From assembly GCF_006345805.1 (NCBI RefSeq), contig NC_043017.1, positions 9,238,001-9,302,000 of the forward strand: a stretch of 64,000 nt of DNA, given 5' to 3'. Shown piece after piece: positions 22,885 to 36,890 of the stretch. This stretch comes from Octopus sinensis. Taxonomy: Eukaryota. The number at the start of each line of letters is the position of its first letter. Within the stretch, counting starts at the first letter, position 1. The notes under the pieces are model-generated. The model was not told the DNA's origin, searched no databases, and worked only from the letters and a program-made list of their open reading frames with translations. Made by a program: the position numbers and the translations under genes.

Positions 22885-25800
22885 CATGTAAAAAGCACCA
22901 TTCGAGTGTGGTCGATGCCAGTGCCACCTGACTGGTCCTGTGCCAGTGACACATAAAAAGCACCATTTGAGCGTGGTCGATGCCAGTGCCACCTGACTGG
23001 TCCTGTGCCAGTGACACATAAAAAGCACCATTTGAGCGTGGTCGATGCCAGTGCCACCTGACTGGTCCTGTGCCAGTGACACATAAAAAGCACCATTTGA
23101 GCGTGGTCGATGCCAGTGCCACCTGACTGGTCCTGTGCCAGTGACACATAAAAAGCACCATTTGAGCGTGGTCGATGCCAGTGCCACCTGACTGGCTCCT
23201 CTGCCAGTGACACATAAAAAGCACCATTTGAGCGTGGTCGATGCCAGTGCCACCTGACTGGCTCCTCTGCCAGTGACACATAAAAAGCACCATTTGAGCG
23301 TGGTCGATGCCAGTGCCACCTGACTGGTCCTGTGCCAGTGACACATAAAAAGCACCATTTGAGCGTGGTCGATGCCAGTGCCACCTGACTGGCTCCTCTG
23401 CCAGTGACACATAAAAAGCACCATTTGAGCGTGGTCGATGCCAGTGCCACCTGACTGGCTCCTCTGCCAGTGACACATAAAAAGCACCATTTGAGCGTGG
23501 TCGATGCCAGTGCCACCTGACTGGCTCCTGTGCCAGTGACACATAAAAAGCACCATTTGAGCGTGGTCGATGCCAGTGCCACCTGACTGGCTCCTCTGCC
23601 AGTGACATAAAAAGCACCATTTGAGCGTGGTCGATGCCAGTGCCACCTGACTGGCTCCTGTGCCAGTGACACATAAAAAGCACCATTTGAGCGTGGTCGA
23701 TGCCAGTGCCACCTGACTGGCTCCTCTGCCAGTGACACATAAAAAGCACCATTTGAGCGTGGACGATGCCAGTGCCACCTGACTGGCTCCTGTGCCAGTG
23801 ACACATAAAAAGCACCATTTGAGCGTGGTCGATGCCAGTGCCACCTGACTGGCTCCTGTGCCAGTGACACATAAAAAGCACCATTTGAGCGTGGTCGATG
23901 CCAGTGCCACCTGACTGGCTCCTCTGCCAGTGACACATAAAAAGCACCATTTGAGCGTGGTCGATGCCAGTGCCACCTGACTGGCTCCTGTGCCAGTTGA
24001 CACATATAAAAGCACCATTTGAGCGTGGTCGATGCCAGTGCCACCTGACTGGCTCCTGTGCAGTGACACATAAAAAGCACCATTGAGCGTGGTCGATGCC
24101 AGTGCCACCTGACTGGCTCCTCTGCCAGTGACATAAAAAGCACCATTTGAGCGTGGTCGATGCCAGTGCCACCTGACTGGCTCCTGTGCCAGTGACACAT
24201 AAAAAGCACCATTTGAGCGTGGTCGATGCCAGTGCCACCTGACTGGCTCCTCTGCCAGTGACACATAAAAAGCACCATTTGAGCGTGGTCGATGCCAGTG
24301 CCACCTGACTGGCTCCTCTGCCAGTGACACATAAAAAGCACCATTTGAGCGTGGTCGGCCAGTGCCACCTGACTGGCTCCTCTGCCAGTGACAAATAAAA
24401 AGCACATTCAAGCGTGGTCGATGCCAGTGCCACCTGACTGGCTCCTCTGCCAGTGACACATAAAAAGCACCATTTGAGCGTGGTCGATGCTAGTGCCACC
24501 TGACTGGCTCCTCTGCCAGTGACACATAAAAAGCACCATTTGAGCGTGGTCGATGCTAGTGCCACCTGACTGGCTCCTCTGCCAGTGACACATAAAAAGC
24601 ACCATTTGAGCGTGGTCGATGCCAGTGCCACCTGACTGGCTCCTCTGCCAGTGACACATAAAAAGCACCATTCAAGCGTGGTCGATGCCAGTGCCACCTG
24701 ACTGGCTCCTATGCCAGTGACACATAAAAAGCACCATTGAGCGTGTCGATGCTAGTGCCACCTGACTGGCTCCTCTGCCAGTGACACATAAAAAGCACCA
24801 TTCGAGCGTGGTCGATGCCAGTGCCACCTGACTGGCTCCTCTGCCAGTGACACATAAAAAGCACCATTCAAGCGTGGTCGATGCCAGTGCCACCTGACTG
24901 GCTCCTCTGCCAGTGACACATAAAAAGCACCATTTGAGCGTGGTCGATGCTAGTGCCACCTGACTGGCTCCTGTGCCAGTGACACATAAAAGCACCATTG
25001 AGCGTTGTGGTCGATGCTAGTGCCACCTGACTGGCTCCTGTGCCAGTGACACATTAAAAAGCACCATTCGAGCGTGGTCGATGCCAGTGCCACCTGACTG
25101 GCTCCTCTGCCAGTGACACATAAAAAGCACCATTCAAGCGTGGTCGATGCCAGTGCCACCTGACTGGCTCCTATGCCAGTGACACATAAAAAGCACCATT
25201 TGAGCGTGGTCGATGCCAGTGCCACCTGACTGGCTCCTCTGCCAGTGACACATAAAAAGCACCATTCAAGCGTGGTCGATGCCAGTGCCACCTGACTGGC
25301 TCCTATGCCAGTGACACATAAAAAGCACCATTTGAGCGTGGTCGATGCTAGTGCCACCTGACTGGCTCCTCTGCCAGTGACACATAAAAAGCACCATTCA
25401 AGCGTGGTCGATGCCAGTGCCACCTGACTGGCTCCTATGCCAGTGACACATAAAAAGCACCATTTGAGCGTGGTCGATGCTAGTGCCACCTGACTGGCTC
25501 CTCTGCCAGTGACACATAAAAAGCACCATTCAAGCGTGGTCGATGCCAGTGCCACCTGACTGGCTCCTCTGCCAGTGACACATAAAAAGCACCATTTGAG
25601 CGTGGTCGATGCTAGTGCCACCTGACTGGCTCCTGTGCCAGTGACACATAAAAAGCACCATTCGAGCGTGGTCGATGCCAGTGCCACCTGACTGGCTCCT
25701 CTGCCAGTGACACATAAAAAGCACCATTCAAGCGTGGTCGATGCCAGTGCCACCTGACTGGCTCCTCTGCCAGTGACACATAAAAAGCACCATTCAAGCG

Positions 25801-28690
25801 TGGTCGATGCCAGTGCCACCTGACTGGCTCCTCTGCCAGTGACCCATAAAAAGCACCATTCAAGCGTGGTCGATGCCAGTGCCACCTGACTGGCTCCTCT
25901 GCCAGTGACACATAAAAAGCACCATTCGAGCGTGGTCGATGCCAGTGCCACCTGACTGGCTCCTGTGCCAGTGACACATAAAAAGCACCATTTGAGCGTG
26001 GTCGATGCCAGTGCCACTGACTGGCTCCTCTGCCAGTGACACATAAAAAGCACCATTCAAGCGTGGTCGATTGCCAGTGCACACCTGACTGGCTCCTATG
26101 CCAGTGACACATAAAAAGCACCATTTGAGCGTGGTCGATGCCAGTGCCACCTGACTGGCTCCTCTGCGTGCACAGTGACACATAAAAGCACCATTTGAGC
26201 GTGGTCGATGCTAGTGCAACCTGACTGGCTCCTGTCCAACACATAAAAAGCACCATTTGAGCGTGGTCGATGCCAGTGCCACCTGACTGGCTCCTCTGCC
26301 AGTGACACATAAAAAAGCACCATTCAAGCGTGGTCGATGCCAGTGCCACCTGACTGGCTCCTATGCCAGTGACACATAAAAAGCACCATTTGAGCGTGGT
26401 CGATGCCAGTGCCACCTGACTGGCTCCTCTGCCAGTGACACATAAAAAGCACCATTTGAGCGTGGTCGATGCCAGTGCACCTGACTGGCCCTCCCAGTGA
26501 CACATAAAAAGCACCATTCAAGCGTGGTCGATGCCAGTGCCACCTGACTGGCTCCTCTGCCAGTGACACATAAAAAGCACAATTGAGCGTGGTCGATGCC
26601 AGTGCCACCTGACTGGCTCCTCTGCCAGGACACATAAAAAGCACCATTCAAGCGTGGTCGATGCCAGTGCCACCTGACTGGCTCCTCTGCCAGTGACACA
26701 TAAAAAGCACCATTTGAGCGTGGTCGATGCCAGTGCCACCTGACTGGCTCCTCTGCCAGTGACACATAAAAAGCACCATTCAAGCGCGTGGTCGATGCAG
26801 TGCCACCTGACTGATCCTCTGCCAGTGACACATAAAAAGCACCATTGAGCGGTGGTCGATGCTAGTGCCACCTGACTGGCTCTCTGCCAGTGACACATAA
26901 AAAGCACCATTCAAGCGTGGTCGATGCCAGTGCCACCTGACTGGCTCCTCTGCCAGTGACACATAAAAAGCACCATTGAGCGTGGTCGATGCTAGTCCCA
27001 CCTGACTGGCTCCTGTGCCAGTGACACATAAAAAGCACCATTTGAGCGTGGTCGATGCCAGTGCCACCTGACTGGCTCCTCTGCCAGTGACACATAAAAA
27101 GCACCATTCAAGCGTGGTCGATGCCAGTGCCACCTGACTGGTCCTATGCCAGTGACACATAAAAGCACCATTTGAGCGTGGTCGATGCCAGTGCCACCTG
27201 ACTGGCTCCTCTGCCAGTGACACATAAAAAAGCACCATTCAAGCGTGGTCGATGCCAGTGCCACCTGACTGGCTCCTCTGCCAGTGACACATAAAAAGCA
27301 CCATTTGAGCGTGGTCAATGCTAGTGCCACCTGACTGGCTCCTCTGCCAGTGACACATAAAAAGCACCATTCGAGCGTGGTCGATGCCAGTGCAACCTGA
27401 CTGGCTCCTCTGCCAGTGACACATTAAAAAGCACCATTCAAGCGTGGTCGATGCCAGTGCCACCTGACTGGCTCCTCTGCCAGTGACACATAAAAAGCAC
27501 CATTCGAGTGTGGTCGATGCCAGTGCCACCTGACTGCTCTGTGCCAGTGACACATAAAAAAGCCCATTCAAGCGTGGGCGATGCCAGTGCCACCCACCTG
27601 ACTGGCTCCTGTGCCAGTGACACATAAAAAGCACCATTTGAGCGTGTGTCGATGCAGTGCCACCTGACTGGCTCCTGTGCCAGTGACACATAAAAAGCCA
27701 CCATTTGAGCGTGGTCGATGCTAGTGCCACCTGACTGGCTCCTGTGGCCAGTGACACATAAAAAGCACCATTCGAGCGTGGTCGATGCCAGTGCCACCTG
27801 ACTGGCTCCTCTGCCAGTGACACATAAAAAGCACCATTCAAGGCGTGGTCGATGCCAGTGCCACCTGACTGGCTCCTATGCCAGGGACACATAAAAAGCA
27901 CCATTTGAGCGTGGTCGATGCTAGTGCCACCTGACTGGCTCCTGTGCCAGTGACACATAAAAAGCACCATTTGAGTGTGGTCGATGCTAGTGCCACCTGA
28001 CTGGCTCCTGTGCCAGTGACACATAAAAGCACCATTCCAGCGTGGTCGATGCCAGTGCCACCTGACTGGCTCTATGCTAGTGAACACATAAAAGCACCAT
28101 TTGAGCGTGGTCGATGCCAGTGCCACTGACTGGCTCCTATGCCAGTGACACATAAAAAAGCACCATTTGAGCGTGGTCGATGCCAGTGCCACCTGACTGG
28201 CTCTGTGCCAGTGACACATAAAAAGCACCATTCAAGCGTGGTCGATGCCAGTGCCACCTGACTGGCTCCTATGCCAGTGACACATAAAAAGCACCATTTG
28301 AGGTGGTCGATGCCAGTGCCACCTGACTGGCTCCTCGCCAGTGACACATAAAAAAGCACCATTCCAGCGTGGTCGATGCCAGTGCCACCGACTGGCTCCT
28401 ATGCCAGTGACACATAAAAAGCACCATTTGAGCGTGGTCGATGCTAGTGCACCTGACTGGCTCCTGGCCAGAGTGACACATAAAAGCACCATTCGAGCGT
28501 GGTCGATGCCAGTGCCACCTGACTGGCTCCTGTGCCAGTGACACATAAAAAGCACCATTTGAGCGTGGTCGATGCCAGTGCCACCTGACTGGCTCCTGTG
28601 CTGGTGGCACATAAAAGGTACCATTCAAGCATGGTTGTTGATGTCAGTACTGCCTGACTGGCCCTTGTGCTCGTGGCACATAAAAAACAC
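22885..28690 (+). repeat. 66-bp minisatellite, roughly 88 units
   Basis: Unit TAAAAAGCACCATTTGAGCGTGGTCGATGCCAGTGCCACCTGACTGGCTCCTCTGCCAGTGACACA; period 66 (23161 to 23227). 65-bp variants at the left edge; last unit diverged. Confidence 0.98.
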
Positions 28691-28806
28691 CAACTACACT
28701 CTTGGAGCAGTTAGCGTTAGGAAGGGCATCCAGCTGTAGAAACCTTGCCAGATCAGACTGGAGTCTGGTGCAGTCTACTGTCTCGCCAGTTCTCAGTCAA
28801 ACTGTC
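28690..28806 (+). mobile_element. Family E SINE 3' body, continuous with the array
   Basis: ACTACACTCTTGGAGCAGTTAGCGTTAGGAAGGGCATCCAGCTGTAGAAAC...CAGTCAAAC is the reverse complement of about 60045-60150. Confidence 0.85.
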
Positions 28807-29242
28807 TTTTTTTCTTTTACTTGTTTCAGTCATTAGAATGTGGCCATACTGGAGTACTGCCTTGAATTTTAGACAAATCAACCCTAGTACTTACCTTGAA
28901 AGGCTTCTTTCAGTTTCCATCTACCAAATCTACTCACAAGGCTTTGGTCGGCCCAAGGCTGTAGTAGAAGATACTTGGCCAAGGTGCCACGCAGTGGGAC
29001 TGAACATGGAACCATGTAGTTGGGAAGCAAATGTCTTGCCTCACAGCCACCTAGCAAAATTCATACTACACACATGCATTTATGCTTATATATGTACATA
29101 TGGCAAGTTTCCACACAGTTTCCATATACAAATTCATCCACAAGGCATGGGTCAGCACAGAGCTTTAGCAGAAGATACTTGCCCAAGGTACCACTCAGTG
29201 TGACTGAACCTGAAGCCATGCGGTTGCAAAGCAAGTTTCTTT
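28807..29242 (-). mobile_element. Cluster of old family A fragments (one tail, two 5' halves)
   Basis: Reverse-strand A motifs near 28810, 28900 and 29105. Confidence 0.75.
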
Positions 29243-30419
29243 AATATGTCTATGAAAATATTTCCTCTCAGATAAAAATGCACAACAGTAGAAATGTCAA
29301 TGTATATTGTCAATATATATATATAAATTATGATACACAGATGGCATTTGTAATTCAGTATTGTTTCAATTGCATATTTTGAGTTTATTTTAGCTCAGCA
29401 AGCTTTTTGCAGTATCAGTGAATGCTTTATTTACCGCTTGCTATGTATCGGAGGTGAAAGATTTCATCTAGGCATATGAGTACAATAACAACGAATATAT
29501 ATCAGATTTATGACTGATGTATATCCATTGTTAATGAAATACGCATAAGATGATATAACCACATATATAAACAAACTCTCTAGTGCTGTTTTACTTACCA
29601 TTTATTTTATTAATCCTGAAAGATGAAAAGTAAAAGGTAAAGTTGACCTTGGTGAGATATGAACTCGGAATGTATAGAGCCGGAGGAAATGCCACAATGC
29701 CATTAAAAAAAAAATATTTTTATGTAATAAAAATTCTGTTGGCTGGCCACTTTTGGACAATAGGAATAACAATAATTTAAGGATTACAATCATTTCAAAG
29801 TAACCCTATATGTGACTCTACACCTACGTACAAAGTAATTGGAATTGACAAACAGACAGACGTTTACACACGTATACACACACATATTCACATATGCACA
29901 CGCACACACAATCATGCAAATATATATACATTCACTTACACTTACCCAATATACCCACACATATATAGACACATGCTCTCTCACACACACACACACAACA
30001 CATACCTTCACACACACACACACACACATGCTCCCCCTCTCTCTCTCTCTCTCTCCCCTCCCTCTTGCTCTCAATGTGTCACTTAGTGTCAACAACTGCA
30101 AGAAGAAGACGACACCACCAGCAACAAGAACATTCAACGAGAGAAAGGACTAAATATGTAGATGAGGCGCTCGTGGTACCTGTGTTGCATAAGTAATTTG
30201 TTGTTTATGACTGAAATTTGCCGTTATTTGCTCGAAATCTGGAAATCTTTGCACACATCTCTGTTTGTGTTTGAAGAACAAATGGAAGAGATCTTTAAAT
30301 GAAACAACAACAACAACAACAGCAACAACAGGAACGATGACAAAAGGGAAATAAAGGGGAAGATTGTCAGGTGCTTTTTATTGGAAATAAGGAAGGAAGG
30401 ACAGCAATAGCAACGATGA

Positions 30420-30770
30420 CAGCTACAGCAACAACAACAACAACAACAACAAAAACAACAACAACAACAAAGGCAACAACAACAACAAAAGCAACAACAA
30501 CAAAAACAACAACAACAACAAAAGCAACAACAACAACAACAACAAAAGCAACAACAACAACAACAAAAGCAACAACAACAACAAAAGCAACAACAACAAC
30601 AACAAAAGCAACAACAACAACAAAAGCAGCAGCAACAGCAACAACAACAACAAAAGCAGCAACAACAACAACAAAAGCAACAACAACAACAAAAGCAGCA
30701 GCAACAGCAACAAAACAACAAAAGCAGCAACAACAACAACAACAAAAGCATCAACAACAACAACAACATC
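30420..30770. repeat. (CAA)n tract punctuated by AAAG
   Basis: Directly visible; source of the poly-L, poly-C and poly-T ORFs. Confidence 0.95.
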
Positions 30771-31079
30771 GAAAGAAATAGAATTAGTCTGAATAGTCTT
30801 TTAACCCTTTTATAGCATTTAAACTGGTCGTATCCTGCCTGGGTATTCATTCTTCCTGGCTTAGGTTCAGACAACCCAGATCTGGCCTCTCACACCTACT
30901 CTGACATGTCATTTCTCAAAAAACAAACAATCACATCAGCAAAGTTTTGAAACTACGAGATCATCATCGTCATCATCATCGTCGACATCATCATCATTGT
31001 CATCGTCGTCATCATCATCGTCATCATCATTAATGTCTGCTTTTTCTTGCTGGCATGGGTTGGACAGTTTGACAGGAAC

Positions 31080-31325
31080 TACTAAGTTACGGGGATGTAA
31101 ACAAACCAACACTGGCTGTCAAATGGTTGTGTGAGGAGGCAAACACACCCCCCACACACACATACATGACAGGCTTCCACACAGTTTTTGTCTACCACAT
31201 TCACTGGCAATGCATTAGTTGGCCTAAGACTATAGTAGAAGCCACTTGCCCAAAGTGCCATACAGTGGGATTGAACTCAGAACTGTGTAGTTGCAAAGCA
31301 AAGCCTCTTAACCACACAGCCATGC

Positions 31326-31328
<3 letters not shown>
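31080..31328 (-). mobile_element. Old family A SINE, partial
   Basis: Reverse A head and body. Confidence 0.75.
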
Positions 31329-31363
<35 letters not shown>

Positions 31364-31662
31364 GTTTTAGATCTTGTCCGTTTTTGTTTTTTTTTGTTAA
31401 AGACAGTAGGTTGACCTTTGTGGGTGGGGAATACATTGGCTGTTGTTTCTTCATAGGTTGTTGTTGTTGCTGTTGTTGTTACTGTTGCACTGTCTTTACG
31501 CATAACTCTTGGTAATTAACACCAACACGAAAGGCAAACAGAATGAAAATGCCATCGTTTGTTTACCTTGCTTAAAAGCTGTGATCCCAATGAGGTAGCT
31601 TATTATCGTGGGCCTTGCCTAACATATGTATGGTGTGTACAACACACACACACACACACATA

Positions 31663-31723
<61 letters not shown>

Positions 31724-31956
31724 CATATATATATATATACATATATATACATATATATATTTAGTTAATCCAAACAAGAAAGTACAAAAAAACACAACAA
31801 CACGAGGACATGGAACAAATATAGTATTATTGGATGCTCAGGAAAGAAGGAAAGTTTAACGTTTTGAGCGGAGCTCTTTGTTGGAAACATAGAAGGAAAG
31901 ATCCAGAGAAGGGAAGACAGAGGAAAACAAATCGTCAACGATACACACGAGGTCAC

Positions 31957-31993
<37 letters not shown>

Positions 31994-31996
31994 TAG

Positions 31997-32027
<31 letters not shown>

Positions 32028-32245
32028 TATATATATATATTCGTATATATGCACACGCACACACACTCACACACACACTCGCACACACACATAGTATTCA
32101 TGTATCTGCTGTTCATTTGAATGTCTGTGTATCGCAGTTGCTGCTGTCTGCCCGTTTTGGTTCATCAGGAATTAAGTTCAAACCAGGCTCCTTCTTACTT
32201 CCCTAATCTAACTCTGTTGGGTTTTTTTACTTTCTTTTCCTCTTC

Positions 32246-32634
32246 CTTGTTACAGTCATGTGACTGTGGCCATGCCAGAGCACAGCATTTAGTCAAACAA
32301 ATTGCCCCCCAGGACTTATTATTTGTAAGCCTAGTACTTATTCTATCAGTCGCTTTTGCCGAGCCACTTAGTTATGGGGATGTAAACACACCAACATCCG
32401 TTGTCAAGCGATAGTGAGGGATACACATACACACAACAGACTTCTTTCAGTTTCTCTCTACCAAATCCACTCGCAAGGCGTTGGTCAGCCTGAAGCTATA
32501 GTAGTAGACACTTGCCCAAGGTGCCATGCAGTGGGACTGAACCTGGAACCATGTGGTTGCAAAGCAAGCTTCTTGCCGCACAGGAGTGACTGTGTGGTAA
32601 GAGTAAGAAGCTTGCTTTGCAACCACATGGTTCC
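32246..32634 (-). mobile_element. Family A SINE plus an inverted head fragment (32581-32634)
   Basis: Reverse A copy followed by a plus-strand head piece. Confidence 0.85.
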
Positions 32635-32969
32635 TTTTGTCTGCATGTCTAACAGTGGACCTACGTTTAAAGTTGCCTTCACACATGCCAATGTATCATT
32701 TTTTGGTTTGTGTGTCTTTGAGGACTGAGATCATAACACAGTACATTAGGAATCAAGCTTAGCATAAACTTCCAAGGAGATATTACTTATTATTTTGACA
32801 AGTTTAATTATCCCCCCATATTGTAAACCAGAACACAGTGACTCCTGTTGTAGCCACAGTTCTCTGATGCACTCAGCTACTACCTATCCTTAAAATAGCC
32901 TTCACACATTCCAGTCTATTTGTGTGGTTTGTTCTGTTTGAAGACTGAAACTATAGCTCAGGACATTAA

Positions 32970-33190
32970 CACTTTAACATTTAGACCATCCATGCCCAGC
33001 CCCAATATTCTACCTGCTTTATGATCAAACTAACCAGATCTGGCCTCTCACACTTACCCTACAATGTCATTCTACAAAAAATACATTCACATTATTGCAA
33101 TCTTGAAGCGAAAAGATAATGCATGATTAATTCAAAACAATGTAAGGAAATAAGGATTAAATTTGACAAAGTAATCTGAATACCAAAGGG
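32970..33190. mobile_element. piggyBac-type MITE
   Basis: TTAA-CACTTTAAC...ATACCAAAGGG-TTAA. Same family as 62448-62666 in the opposite orientation; partial copies near 30805 and 53105. Confidence 0.8.
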
Positions 33191-33483
33191 TTAAGGATCA
33201 GGCTTTGAATAATTTTCCAAGGAGACGTTGCTCATTATTTTGACAATTCCAGTCATCACCCCTGCTAAACCAGAGTACCATGGCCCCTGTTGTAGCACAG
33301 CTCATAACTACCAAGACTAATCTACCACCGACTTCTCTGTCTTTGATACATTATTACTCCTGTCATATCCAGTACTTGGCACTTTGCTGCATTAAATATT
33401 TACTGTTTGTTAATCATGTGAGCGCCATCATAGAATTATTTCATTTCTATATTAAAATGATAAAAGTAATAATAATAATAATA

Positions 33484-33530
<47 letters not shown>

Positions 33531-34160
33531 ATTTGTTTCTCTAATACATGCTTAGCAATTCCTCTTAATTTTTTTTGGCTTTTGCTACTGCATCAGAAAA
33601 TTACAGTAGAGGACAAACTTCTGCTAATGACACCAAAAAAAAAGTGGAAGCATGTCCAAGATTATCTTCCATATTTGTTGCAAAAATGAAGAAAACAAGC
33701 AACATTAGTCATCAACGAATGTTGTTTTGTCTTTTGTTTTTATTTTATTTTCATTCTATTTTTACTTTATTTATTTATTTATTTATTTTTTTTGGGGGTG
33801 ACATATTTTATTCTGCTCCTCGAACTTTTAAAATATTCCATGCATTAACTCCACCGATACCTACTTATCTGTTGTTGCCTGGTCATTGACACTTTCAATC
33901 ACATTGCTTACTTTCACATCAATCAGCTGAAGGACATCACTACAGCCACCACTGCCACCACCACCACCACAATCTCCACCACAACTACAGCAACAATATA
34001 AACATCATTGCAAGATAGTGTTGTATCACCAGTGACAACACTGAGTCATACCAAACACACACACACACACACACAATTTCACTCTCACAAATACACTCCC
34101 TCTGTCACACTCATATACAAAGACCTGGCAATAATTGTTAGCAACTTTCAAGATAAAGGG

Positions 34161-34372
34161 GAGATAACTATATATATATTGGATCGTCAGCCCCTACACG
34201 CAATTTTTTTTTTTTCTCTCCTTGTTTCTTTTCTGTGTATCTTTCTGTCGAAGAGCGTAGGCTTGAAACGTAAATGACTTGTTTTATTTCTATTCCTGAG
34301 CGCCATACTAATACATTTGTTTGTTTGTACTCCACCTGCCTTTGTCTTTTGTTTATTTTCATAAACCTTCCT

Positions 34373-34375
<3 letters not shown>
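34161..34375 (+). mobile_element. (TA)n-flanked interspersed repeat, Penelope-like end (inference)
   Basis: Contains GAAGAGCGTAGGCTTGAAACG. Its 3' part recurs in reverse at about 47395-47460. Confidence 0.5.
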
Positions 34376-34423
<48 letters not shown>

Positions 34424-36247
34424 AAGACCATATTATCTAATGTGTACTCCTTTTTCAAAACAGCAGGGTGGCATTATTCGAGGAAGCTTTGGCTTCTATT
34501 TCTTGCAGTTTGAGCAACCATGTAGAGGTTCCTTTATTGTATGGTCATCGTGTTCAATGTCTGAAATAAACACGGATCTAATGAGCCTAAAACAAGAAGC
34601 ATTCCAATTATGACCAACCCACCTTTTATTTAAACCTAATGTCATCTAGGGTGACATTTTCAAATGTGGAATTTCTATGGGGCTTTTTACTGTTTAAGAT
34701 GGTAAGCTGTGATTTAGGAGAGATTTAGTTGTTATTTCTAGCAAAGCATGTGACCTTATAGAGACACCCATGTTGAGCTGAGGTTTAAGGGTGAGGCTTT
34801 TGGATTTTGCTGTATGTGTCTAGTAAAACAATCTCTCTGTATGGTTCTCAACCTCTTAGAAATAGCTGCCAAACCTCCCTCAAATCATACCCTGCTGCCC
34901 TTTAAATATATATAAATGGGTGCGGCGGATTTTCGAAAATTTGAAACCGATACCCTGTGCCTCTGTGTGTGTGTGTATGTATGTGTGTGTGAGGTGTGGC
35001 AGTGTTTTTCCTGTATGTTGTACATATGTGTCTACATATGTGTGTGTCTGTGTGTGTACACATGTCTAAGATATGTCGATGTTTGAGTGTAAAGTTCTTT
35101 ATATATGTTAAACGTGTGTATCTATAGATGTGTGTGTTTATGACTAGTATTTTCTGTATGCTGTATGTATGTGTCTGCAAAGTGTGTGTATGAGTGTGTA
35201 AGATGTGAAGATGTGTGTGTGTGAAAATAGTCTTTTCTCTGAATTGTATATGTGTCTACAGATTGTGGTGAGTGAGTGTGTGTGTGTTTGTGTATATGTA
35301 AGATGTGTGTATGTATGAGCACTTGTGACCCCTTCCTCTATGTTTTATATATGTGTATGTATGTGGGAATAGTTATTTCTATGTGTGTTGTGCATGTATC
35401 TACAGATTATGTGTGAGTGTGTGTGAATCCTTACTGTTTTATATGTGTGTGTGCCTTCAGATTCGTGTGTGTGTGTGTGTGTGTGTGGTAGCTAGGGTGA
35501 ACACAACTCGGTATTGAAATAGGGGTGTGCCTCCAGTCACAGCCTGTAAAGGGGTGATGATAGGGAGATTTTTGATGAACATTAACCTTCTCCAGCTAAC
35601 ACACACACACACACACAACACACACACACACACACACACTTTCTCACTCTCTCTTACACTTTCTTACACACACTCCTTCTCTCTCACACACACAAACACA
35701 TGCTTGCACACATGTACACACACACATACGCCTCTACCTAACCCACCCCTGTATCCTACATCCCGTCCACTTCCCCCCACTCCACCCACCCCCACCTAGT
35801 GCCAACCATCCCCACCCATCTTCAGCATCCACCTCTCTTTACTCCTCAATAAGAGCAGGGCTTGGGGTTTAAGGGGCCTTTTTCCTTTCGTGGAAAGTGA
35901 AGATTTCATCTCTTTCACACACACACACACACATGTGTGCACCTGTATCATTATCACTACTACCCCTATCTCTTCCCTGCACCCCGTCTCTGGTACCCTC
36001 TTAAATAACCCCCTCAGCCTCTCACCTCCTCTTCCCCTTCCTCAAATATCTGGATTTGGAATCAGGCCCCACCTTGTAACTTCTGTGTAACAGTTTGCAA
36101 CATACAGTTGTGTGTCTGTGTGTCCCTAAATCCACATCTCTCTCTCTATATATACACACACACACACACACATTTTTATTCTTATACATACACACGTATC
36201 TTTATATATATATATTTGTATATGTATGTGACTACAAATATGTGTAT

Positions 36248-36358
<111 letters not shown>

Positions 36359-36780
36359 CACACGCACATAGAGTGGGAGATGTATGCGTGTATGTATATG
36401 TCTATGTTTGAGTGTATATATGTGTGTGTATATGAATAATAATATGCATGTGTTTGTGTGTGTATATATATATATTATATACATTATATTATATATGTAT
36501 ATACACACATATGCATCTAAGCCTGAGGCCAACCAAAGTCTTGTGAGTGAATTTAGTTGACGGAAACTGAAAGATGCCCGTCATATATATATATATATAT
36601 ATATATATCCCCTACCATTGCTTGACAAATGCTGTTTATATACATTCCCATAACTTTAGCTGTTCAACAAAAAAAAAAAAATAGATACTGGGGTCAATTT
36701 GTCTAATTAAAAACCCTTCAAAGCAGTGCTTCTGTATGGCCACAGTCTAACAAGTAAAAGAAGATATATATATGTGTGTA

Positions 36781-36814
<34 letters not shown>

Positions 36815-36890
36815 ATGTAAAAATGTGTTTCTGTGTGCAATGAAATTAAGCTGTATTCATATTTATATGCAAGCTATCATAAAAATGTTT

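Noticed and set aside
22885-28690. CRISPR-like array, or 300-630-aa repeat proteins
   Set aside because: There are no unique spacers, the context is eukaryotic, and the unit derives from a SINE. The ORFs only reflect a stop-free unit.
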